Positions 1 to 7,447 of a stretch of 64,000 nucleotides of DNA are shown here, in pieces. The position numbers and the translations under genes are program-made. The stretch covers positions 32,001-96,000 of the IMG/VR virus record IMGVR_UViG_3300022723_000207; one strand, written 5' to 3'. Below the pieces are notes generated by a model. That model was not told the origin of the DNA. It saw nothing but the letters and a program-made list of their open reading frames with translations, and ran no database searches. Position 1 is the stretch's first letter, and the number at the start of each line of letters is the position of its first letter. Origin of the DNA: a virus.

Positions 1-9
1 CCAGAGATA

Positions 10-207
10 GTGCATGAGGATATCGATGCTTGGATAAATGATGGTAAGAAAGATTTGTACTTGAATACGATTAAGCGCAAGTTTACTTTTAGAGATGCCT
101 TAGTTGATAAACAAGTAATAGGTGTAAATAGATATGGAATGACAAGCAGAAATCTTAGAGTATCTTATTCAACGATGCTTTTTGGATTTCATAGGAGAAG
201 TGAGTAA
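10..207 (+). CDS. hypothetical protein, probably the 3' end of a gene starting before the window
   Basis: 65-aa frame open to the window edge; its stop overlaps the next ATG (TAATG). Confidence 0.5.
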   Translation: MHEDIDAWINDGKKDLYLNTIKRKFTFRDALVDKQVIGVNRYGMTSRNLRVSYSTMLFGFHRRSE

Positions 208-860
208 TGCCAGTATATCAATATGTATGCGATGATTGTTCAACTGACGGAAAGATCAAGAAGAGCGATCTATATGATCGCGAAGAAGATACCGCTGGCT
301 ATCATCCAAATGGGTCGTATTTATTCTTTAAGAACTATCCTATGAAGAAAATGGTTCCCAAGCCTAAATGCCCGAAATGTGGTGGGGCCAATACTTCTCG
401 TTCATATCATGATATTAATCTGGTTTGTTATATTCGTGGTGACGGTATTGTTAAAGATAGGGCTGGTGCTAGAAGAGATATGAATAGGCATCATCTTCAA
501 AATGGTGATCCGTATGGTTACATGCGTCAACCAGGTGAAGTGGACCACATGTTAGATCAAATTAGAGATGCTGGTCGCGATATGTCTAAAATTCGCTCTG
601 AGGCAGCGTCAACTTCTAGAGAGACAGCTAAAAGAGCGCGTCGGATGCAACAAGATGATTTACCACGCGATCAAGAAAGAGTTCTTATTAAGATAGAAGA
701 ACTAGGAGGGTCTTGTCGTTTTAGTGATTTATCTGAATTTGATGATGTTAGTGGTTTGTTGAATAAATTGATGCCCGAATTTGTTTGTGAATCTAAAGAT
801 ATTTTTATGTTGATGGCTGCTGGTAGGGCATATGTGGACAATATTCTTAACCCAGATTAA
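207..860 (+). CDS. FmdB-family zinc-ribbon protein
   Basis: N-terminal MPVYQYVCDDC...KCPKCGG matches the MPxYxYxC..C/CPxCG FmdB pattern. Confidence 0.65.
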   Translation: MPVYQYVCDDCSTDGKIKKSDLYDREEDTAGYHPNGSYLFFKNYPMKKMVPKPKCPKCGGANTSRSYHDINLVCYIRGDGIVKDRAGARRDMNRHHLQNGDPYGYMRQPGEVDHMLDQIRDAGRDMSKIRSEAASTSRETAKRARRMQQDDLPRDQERVLIKIEELGGSCRFSDLSEFDDVSGLLNKLMPEFVCESKDIFMLMAAGRAYVDNILNPD

Positions 861-868
861 AAAGTGAG

Positions 869-1966
869 ATGGATGTTCTAATAGTTCAATGGGGAAATAA
901 GAGGCCAGAAGAAGTACTTATTACTAATCTTGAGAAATGTAAAAAGATAACTCTTTGGAAGAAAGGGTCTGATTTAACCATTCAGGAAGTATTAGATAAT
1001 GAAAAAAGGTTGATTGATATAGTAAATGATAAAGATGATTTGACAATAGTAGAATATAAGAAATATTGTGACTACTTTGGGGTTGCTAGATCTCAGCAGT
1101 TATATGATTGTCCTCTTGATTTTGATGATTTAAAACATGGATTAAAATTAATTGCGTTAGATAGGAATAATCTTGGTAAAGAATGGCAAGCTATTCGTGC
1201 TGATGCTGCAGAAGCTTATATGGCTATTGAGAAAAGAGGGATTCTTGTTAGTGGTATACCTAAATTTCCTAAATATTCAATGGATGTTTATAGTGGGCGC
1301 TCTAAGACTACATCTTTCAACATCCAGGGATTAGGCCCTGGCTATGAGATAGAACACCCGGATATTAAAAATAATATTTTTGTTCGTTTTGATTGGGTTG
1401 CAGCTGATATGCGTATGGCATCCTATTTGTCAGAAGACAAGGAATTGATGGGTAGCTATAATACTGCCGACCCGTATGCATATATAATGGATTGTTTGGG
1501 TGATAAGATTGACAGAGATCAGTGCAAATTGGCTTTAAATAGGGCGGTTAATTCATTAAACAATAATGATTTGATATTGAAGATATTTCCCAAATTTGGT
1601 TCATGGATCCAAGATCAAAAGAGGAACTTAGAGAAATTAGGGTACGCTAGATCTATTATGGGTAGAAGGTTTTACACGGATAGAACCCTAAAGGGAGACA
1701 GAAGAGCCTTTAATGGTACATTACAAGGTAGCGTAGCGCATGCAATGCAAAACACGGTGTCGAGAGTTACGAGATCGTGTGGTAATATTATCATTACGGA
1801 ACAGCACGACTCTTTGACGATTGCTATTTCTGAACCTCGGTTGATGAAGACCATCAGAAAAATTACGGAGATAATGCTTAATCCTATTGATGGTGTGACA
1901 ATGCCGCTGACGGTTGAGGTTGGCAGGTCTTGGGGTACTTACAAAAGATTTAAGGAGTTTCGATGA
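869..1966 (+). CDS. divergent family-A DNA polymerase core (no exonuclease domains, thumb largely absent)
   Basis: SGRSKTTSFNIQG (motif 2), FDWVAADMRMASYLSED (motif A), RDQCK (motif B), NGTLQGSVAH (motif 6), QHDSL (motif C), PLTVEVGRSWG. Confidence 0.8.
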   Translation: MDVLIVQWGNKRPEEVLITNLEKCKKITLWKKGSDLTIQEVLDNEKRLIDIVNDKDDLTIVEYKKYCDYFGVARSQQLYDCPLDFDDLKHGLKLIALDRNNLGKEWQAIRADAAEAYMAIEKRGILVSGIPKFPKYSMDVYSGRSKTTSFNIQGLGPGYEIEHPDIKNNIFVRFDWVAADMRMASYLSEDKELMGSYNTADPYAYIMDCLGDKIDRDQCKLALNRAVNSLNNNDLILKIFPKFGSWIQDQKRNLEKLGYARSIMGRRFYTDRTLKGDRRAFNGTLQGSVAHAMQNTVSRVTRSCGNIIITEQHDSLTIAISEPRLMKTIRKITEIMLNPIDGVTMPLTVEVGRSWGTYKRFKEFR

Positions 1967-2169
1967 GCAAGAAACTATCTAAAGATCAAAAGCGTAATAA
2001 GAAACTCAATAAGAAGAAGTCTAAGAAGAGGCGTTGGGAAGAGCGGTGTGTTAATAGATTGATAGAAGCGGCGGAAGAATATAACCGTCTAAAGACTCAG
2101 GAAAATTCTGAGGTATTTGATAAAGAGAATCCGGAGTCTGATGATGAAGAACAAGTGGTGGGAGAATAA
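1963..2169 (+). CDS. small Lys-rich hypothetical protein
   Basis: ATGA overlap with the polymerase stop; AAGGAG upstream. Confidence 0.55.
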   Translation: MSKKLSKDQKRNKKLNKKKSKKRRWEERCVNRLIEAAEEYNRLKTQENSEVFDKENPESDDEEQVVGE

Positions 2170-2620
2170 CGTAGATTCAGATATTGCTGACGTAATTATT
2201 GATCTTAGGGCTACCTTGAGTGGCAAAAAGGTCAGCAAGAATTGGGTTGATGATTTGGCCCTTAATTATGAAAATCTCGATAGAGATATGGAAGATATTC
2301 CTACCGTATTAGCGTTTTGGGGCGCAGTATTGGCGGAAGCTAGAAAACAGCGTGGCATTAATAGAATGAAGATGGATATTCGTAGGTCTAAAGTGCTTGA
2401 AGGTACCAAGGAACTTGCAAAAGAAGGAATTAAATTAACGGTTAGTGATAAAGATAACATTGTTAATGTGGACCAAAAGTATATGGCTCTTGGAACCAAA
2501 GAGATCGAATTGGATGCCACGATTTCCAAGCTATTTGGAATTGTAGATGCCCTCAAGATTAAGGCTGATAATTTGCGTTCTTTTGCAGCCATGAAGAGAG
2601 CGGAATTACACAACACATGA
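2141..2620 (+). CDS. uvsY: UvsY-like recombination mediator
   Basis: Helical pattern L.LNYENLD..M..IP..LAFW...KLT..D.D..V..D..Y...L..K..NLR; directly upstream of the SSB. Start moved to the ATG after GGAG. Confidence 0.6.
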   Translation: MMKNKWWENNVDSDIADVIIDLRATLSGKKVSKNWVDDLALNYENLDRDMEDIPTVLAFWGAVLAEARKQRGINRMKMDIRRSKVLEGTKELAKEGIKLTVSDKDNIVNVDQKYMALGTKEIELDATISKLFGIVDALKIKADNLRSFAAMKRAELHNT

Positions 2621-2747
2621 TTTTAAGCAAATGTAAGGCATACTAGAGACAAGCTAGAAATACTAGAGCGTATTTCAAAATAAACCAGAGATCTGAGGAT
2701 GTTCCTCAGAACGAAGAGACAGCCAGAACAACTAGAGGAGACTAGAG

Positions 2748-3863
2748 ATGGCGCTTTCACGAAGTGAAAAGCAGAAGCTTCTGCAAAAGATGAGGGAAAC
2801 CAAAGCCAAGAAGGGTGGCGGATTCCGGGACCCCAATGAATGGCGTCCCAAGTTTGAGAAAGATAAAGATTTAACTTATCGCATTCATATCTTGCCACCA
2901 TTGTTGGAGGGTGACGAGTGCATTGGTAAAGATGGTAAAACCACTAAATGTGAGAAAGACTGGGACCTATATTATTACCAGCGTGGTGGCCATTTTATTA
3001 ATAAGAAGATCCACGAGTGTCCAAGAGTGCGTGATGGCGGCGAATGCCCCATGTGTTCTATCGGTTTTGATTTAATGCGCGAAAGTGATGATAAAGAAGT
3101 TCGTAAGCAGATCGCTAAAGAGTGGCTCTCTCAAGAGTCCCATGTTGTGAACATTTACTTCCCTGACCATAAAGACAATCCATCCGATTTGCGTGGTAAT
3201 GTGATGTATTGGCGTTTACCTATGGCTATTTTCCGCCAGTGTGAAGATGCTTTTGATCGTGATGATGACGGTGGCGATGATGACGACCCATTAGCATTTG
3301 GGCTGTTTTTTGATCCGGAAGAAAGCTTCCCGATTAAAATCACTCTGCGCGAAAAGGCTGGATACAATAATTATGATGACTCCAAGCTCTTAGGCAAGAG
3401 CAGAGCATTAGCTGATTCTGAAAGTGAAATTGAAGAGATTTTAGCTAAGCGTATTGATGTGCCAGAGCGGTATCCTAAGCCTGATATTAAAGAGCTGCAA
3501 AAGATTGCTGACGCTAAGATGTCTGGTGACACTGACGGGTCGTCTGGCTTTGATGAAGATGATAACTCTTCCAAGGAAAATAAGAAGGTTCAAGAGTCTA
3601 AAGAAGAACCTGAGAGTAAAGATGACTCAGATGGCTCAGAAGAGGATGAGAAGAAGAAAAAGAAGGAAGAGGCCCTTAAAAAGCAGCGGGAAGCCAAGAA
3701 GAAGAGGGAAGAAGCTGCCAAGAAAGAAGCTGAAGAGTCTAAGGATGACGATGACGATGACGATGATGATGGTGATTCAAAGTCTAAGTCTAAATCCAAG
3801 GATGACGATGACGACGATGAATTAGATCCCGAGATGGCTGCCCTTCTTGAAGATCTTGCTTAA
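2748..3863 (+). CDS. gp32: gp32-like single-stranded DNA-binding protein
   Basis: W.PK...RIHILPP, H..CP....CP.C zinc site, FFDPEE, GYNNYDDSK, long acidic tail ending LLEDLA. Confidence 0.85.
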   Translation: MALSRSEKQKLLQKMRETKAKKGGGFRDPNEWRPKFEKDKDLTYRIHILPPLLEGDECIGKDGKTTKCEKDWDLYYYQRGGHFINKKIHECPRVRDGGECPMCSIGFDLMRESDDKEVRKQIAKEWLSQESHVVNIYFPDHKDNPSDLRGNVMYWRLPMAIFRQCEDAFDRDDDGGDDDDPLAFGLFFDPEESFPIKITLREKAGYNNYDDSKLLGKSRALADSESEIEEILAKRIDVPERYPKPDIKELQKIADAKMSGDTDGSSGFDEDDNSSKENKKVQESKEEPESKDDSDGSEEDEKKKKKEEALKKQREAKKKREEAAKKEAEESKDDDDDDDDDGDSKSKSKSKDDDDDDELDPEMAALLEDLA

Positions 3864-3889
3864 TAATATCGAATGAGTTTTTTGGTCTT

Positions 3890-3918
3890 GCTTGCGGGAG
3901 GCGCTGCCTCCCGCAAGC
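3890..3918 (+). terminator. perfect 13-bp hairpin after the SSB gene (terminator or processing stem)
   Basis: GCTTGCGGGAGGC-gct-GCCTCCCGCAAGC, followed by TGTATTT rather than a U-run. Confidence 0.55.
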
Positions 3919-3932
3919 TGTATTTGAATTAT

Positions 3933-4748
3933 ATGTATGACAATATTTTAGTTGATGGTAAGAACATTGTGTGCAGGGCAACTATGGCTGCCCGTAGTGG
4001 GGGATTTAAAGTACATCCTGTCACAATAATGATTAGAATGATGGATCGCTGGCGTAGAACTTTTGATCCAAAACATTGGAGAATATTCTGGGATGTGCCT
4101 AAAGAAACTTTGTGGCGCAGGGAGATATATTCAGAATATAAGGAAGGAAGGCCAGAATATGATAAAGTTGTCCACGGTTATATAAAAGATAGCCAGAAGA
4201 TTGCGGCTCTGGTTTTTGCTAACATGGCAATGACGCAATATATTAAAAAATGTCATGAAGCTGATGACTTAGTATATGCTTTTGTTGTTGGTCATTTAGA
4301 CCAAAATAACTTGGTGGTTACTAGCGATGGCGATGCTACACAAATACCTTACCATTTGGGGGTAGATCTATTTAACCCCGGCAATAAAGATGGGAATGTT
4401 GAACCTATTCCGGAATACGATCCAGTTGTGGTGAAATCATTAGCTGGGGATAAATCCGATAATATACCTAATTATCGGCTTATTAGAGATTTATCAGCGT
4501 ACAAAATAATCGACAAAGGCATTGATGAATTTTTAGATGAAAGAGGAAGGGAATTATTTGATAGAAATAAGAAACTGGTAGATCTATCTTATAATCCGTA
4601 TTTAGATGAAAATATTGAATATGTTAAGAGTGTAAAAGAAAATGACTCTTTTGACATCCAAAAAATAAGAAAATTAATCGCTAAATATAATATAGATGGT
4701 TTGAGTGGTGACTTGGTTACGAGGGTCAGACCGTTCAAAAATATTTAA
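3933..4748 (+). CDS. rnh: 5'-3' exonuclease / T4 RNase H-like flap nuclease
   Basis: ILVDGKN, FWD...WRREIYSEYKEGR, EADD, VTSDGD, LAGDKSDNIP. Start moved to 3933 because 3873-3932 spans the hairpin. Confidence 0.85.
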   Translation: MYDNILVDGKNIVCRATMAARSGGFKVHPVTIMIRMMDRWRRTFDPKHWRIFWDVPKETLWRREIYSEYKEGRPEYDKVVHGYIKDSQKIAALVFANMAMTQYIKKCHEADDLVYAFVVGHLDQNNLVVTSDGDATQIPYHLGVDLFNPGNKDGNVEPIPEYDPVVVKSLAGDKSDNIPNYRLIRDLSAYKIIDKGIDEFLDERGRELFDRNKKLVDLSYNPYLDENIEYVKSVKENDSFDIQKIRKLIAKYNIDGLSGDLVTRVRPFKNI

Positions 4749-4760
4749 ACGGAGGACGCA

Positions 4761-5030
4761 ATGGCTGTTCGAACTGCGATAATGAGATTGGTTAATGTAG
4801 ATTCTAGCGGAAATATTGTGTATAAGGACAATGCAACTATTGCCCAAGTGATGGCACATGCAGCTCCGCAGCTTAGAGTGTTCGAATTTCAATCTGGCTC
4901 AGCCCCAAATGCTGCTAAAAACAATTCAAAGACCGCACCTACTTTACATGAATACTTGAATCTTGAAGATGATGATGGATATGAATTATGGCATCTAGAT
5001 CAGACTTTTGTGATTACGCACATTCCTTAA
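4761..5030 (+). CDS. hypothetical protein
   Basis: GGAGG ribosome-binding site; CAAAAATA motif at 4736. Confidence 0.65.
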   Translation: MAVRTAIMRLVNVDSSGNIVYKDNATIAQVMAHAAPQLRVFEFQSGSAPNAAKNNSKTAPTLHEYLNLEDDDGYELWHLDQTFVITHIP

Positions 5031-5045
5031 ATTGATATATAATGT

Positions 5046-5633
5046 ATGTCATCGTGGAAAGCAGCCGAAAGCAGAATAGGAATCTGGTTTGGTGCTAAGG
5101 GAATTAAAAAATCTGGTCGAGTACCGTTAAGTGGTGGCGGTTCTGGTACTTCGCGTAGCGATTCACCACATAGAACGGTTTTTATAGAATCTAAAAGAGA
5201 TAAGCGATATCATTCGGTTATCAGATTATGGAAGAATAATAGGAAAAATAAAGGTTTGCATGTGCAGGCATTACCTGTCGCTGAACACGGCAAAATAACC
5301 GCCAAAACAAGTGATTTATGGTGCTTTCATAATTCTGATATGGAAGCGATCGTTAATGCACTGAATAACGATGAAGAAATTACCATCCATAGTTGGAAGG
5401 GCAACTATCCAAGTGCATTAACGTTGTATAAAGAAGCATTGTCAATAAAGAACTCCACTATTTTAGATAGGGATAAACAAGTAGTTTGCTGTAGTTTAGT
5501 TTATCATCGCAGTCCTGGATTTTGGATTATTATTAATAAAAATGACATAATTAAATGTTGGGATTTGATATTGCTGGAGAGAGAATATAGAGAAGAATTG
5601 ATTAGAGAAGAAGAATTATTTCAAGGAGAATAA
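5046..5633 (+). CDS. Hjc-like PD-(D/E)XK Holliday junction resolvase
   Basis: W.AAESR...RVPLSG...D...FIESK. Confidence 0.6.
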   Translation: MSSWKAAESRIGIWFGAKGIKKSGRVPLSGGGSGTSRSDSPHRTVFIESKRDKRYHSVIRLWKNNRKNKGLHVQALPVAEHGKITAKTSDLWCFHNSDMEAIVNALNNDEEITIHSWKGNYPSALTLYKEALSIKNSTILDRDKQVVCCSLVYHRSPGFWIIINKNDIIKCWDLILLEREYREELIREEELFQGE

Positions 5634-5634
5634 A

Positions 5635-5817
5635 ATGGGATGCGGTTGTGGCAAAAAGAAAGTCAAAGTCAATATTAAAAATTCTAAGTTGCGCAAAGCA
5701 TGCCCTAAATGTAGAACCTTGATGGGATACAAGCAGTTATACTCTCCTAAGATGAAACGATATATAAAGAAGTGGGAGTGCCCAAGATGCAAACACACGG
5801 AAGTTTTGAAGAAATAG
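5635..5817 (+). CDS. small Cys-rich zinc-ribbon protein
   Basis: MGCGCGKK, CPKC...CPRC; AGGAG upstream. Confidence 0.65.
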   Translation: MGCGCGKKKVKVNIKNSKLRKACPKCRTLMGYKQLYSPKMKRYIKKWECPRCKHTEVLKK

Positions 5818-6176
5818 CAATCTTTATTCTGCTATGGATATTTTTCATAGTCTTTGCGGAGTCGCTAACACAAATCCTTTTGCATGCAGGACCGCTTGAG
5901 CCTATTAGAGCATTTTTGGCTCGCCAGAGTCGATTTCTGGCTGATCTTTTAGGATGCGGATATTGCTTTTCAGTTTGGGTTGCTTTTTCGATTGCGTGGG
6001 TATTGCCATCTCCCGTTGGTTTAGCTTTGTCTTTTGGTATATCTAATGATTTTTTAATATTCGTGGAAGATAATTTGTGGTGGTTTGTGAATGGATTGAT
6101 ACTACACAGATTGGCTAATGTGTTCCACGATAGAGTAACTAGTGTACCAGAAATAGAGGTCATTGATGAAGAATAG
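5772..6176 (+). CDS. DUF1360-like membrane protein
   Basis: Hydrophobic segments and the LLGCGYCFSVW motif; exact start uncertain. Confidence 0.6.
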   Translation: MGVPKMQTHGSFEEIAIFILLWIFFIVFAESLTQILLHAGPLEPIRAFLARQSRFLADLLGCGYCFSVWVAFSIAWVLPSPVGLALSFGISNDFLIFVEDNLWWFVNGLILHRLANVFHDRVTSVPEIEVIDEE

Positions 6177-6648
6177 ACGGATGAGATCTGATGTTAAGGT
6201 TGAGGATCACCTTAAGCCGGTTGTCATTAATAATATTCAGGATATTCGTAGGGCGATAATGCCTTTTGTTAGAGAGGTTCCTGAAGGTAAGGTAGACATT
6301 GAAGGTAAGGTAGATTGGACTGATGAGGATGGTAAGAAACATTCTACTGATGTTAAGTCATATAGCTCTGACGCAAGTATGCGCAAAGGCTTGATTGATG
6401 GATTTGAGCATGTTAAAGAACAAGAAGAGATGTGGAATCGGCTTTATAATGTGCTAGATGATGATGAATATAGTGCTACTTTGCCTAAAGTGAATGTTGA
6501 CAGTATGTCTCTTCCAGTAGACCGCATTATCAAACAACGTCTTGGTGGTCGTAGAGAGGGTATGACGGTGGTCTGGAATTTATCGACTAGAAAAGTGGTA
6601 TTTGATCCTTATAGTAAGAAGTTAGAAGAGATACCATTGGAGGAATAA
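6163..6648 (+). CDS. hypothetical protein
   Basis: 161-aa ORF in a tightly packed operon. Confidence 0.6.
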   Translation: MMKNRRMRSDVKVEDHLKPVVINNIQDIRRAIMPFVREVPEGKVDIEGKVDWTDEDGKKHSTDVKSYSSDASMRKGLIDGFEHVKEQEEMWNRLYNVLDDDEYSATLPKVNVDSMSLPVDRIIKQRLGGRREGMTVVWNLSTRKVVFDPYSKKLEEIPLEE

Positions 6649-6923
6649 TGGCTAGAGACGTTCAAGTTGATCTTATTGAGCATGGCTCCATGAATATGTG
6701 GGTGCCTAAAGTCGGTGATATGATTTTTAAAGATGGCGGTCTCTTTAGATGGTGTGGGGTTATTGACGGTATTAAAGATGATAATGCAAGTGTTAGGAAG
6801 TCTGGCAACCCGACTTTGTTGTTGACTGGCGATTATAAAGCTGAGATCATAAATGTCCAAAAAATCAAGCATGCCAGGATGGGTTCATATTTTGTAGTTT
6901 CTGGTGGTACTTATTATGTATGA
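6648..6923 (+). CDS. hypothetical protein (possible SH3-like beta barrel)
   Basis: GGAGG RBS, TAATG overlap; W.PKVGD.I pattern. Confidence 0.6.
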   Translation: MARDVQVDLIEHGSMNMWVPKVGDMIFKDGGLFRWCGVIDGIKDDNASVRKSGNPTLLLTGDYKAEIINVQKIKHARMGSYFVVSGGTYYV

Positions 6924-7447
6924 GCTTTACTATACCAGATTTTGTTGACTATCCTGAGCTTTATAATGTTAGCGATAACCTTAAATTATTTAAGGGTGTT
7001 TTTGTATATGTCATCGAGCCTTATCCTGTAAAAGGTTATAGTTTATATATTGGCTTTAGGGAAGATTATAGCTTTTTCAGAATTGCTGATTTTAAGTCTA
7101 AGGAAATTGGTAAAGATGATTTAGATCAGCAGTCTCAAACTGTATTAGCCTGGTCTGCATTATTGAAAGAAGTGATGAAGTCAGCGCGAGTTACTGATGC
7201 CCTGTTTTATTTTTCGGCAGGAAAAGATTTAAGGTTAGTGGATGTCATGATGTCAGCCAATAAATTTCTTGGACCAGGTATGTTAAAAGACTTGTTTGCT
7301 AGTGTTGTGCCTACTCAAGAGGTAATAACTCATGTTGTTTTAGATGATGAAGAAATATCTAAATACAAAGGTAAGATAGTGAAGCCTAGTAGGTTCAGGT
7401 ATCTTACTGAAGAAGGATTAGTCAGGCCACAATACGGAATTATATAG
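6920..7447 (+). CDS. hypothetical protein
   Basis: ATGA overlap, 175 aa. Confidence 0.6.
   Translation: MSFTIPDFVDYPELYNVSDNLKLFKGVFVYVIEPYPVKGYSLYIGFREDYSFFRIADFKSKEIGKDDLDQQSQTVLAWSALLKEVMKSARVTDALFYFSAGKDLRLVDVMMSANKFLGPGMLKDLFASVVPTQEVITHVVLDDEEISKYKGKIVKPSRFRYLTEEGLVRPQYGII

Noticed and set aside
3155-3825. Overlapping and antisense ORFs in the SSB tail, and similar ones at 46015-46912, 47612-48700 and 50209-52050
   Set aside because: Shadows of low-complexity or codon-biased genes, with no independent motifs
3873-3932. ORF-track N-terminus of the 5' nuclease
   Set aside because: It is the translation of a hairpin; family similarity begins at MYDNILVDG (3933)
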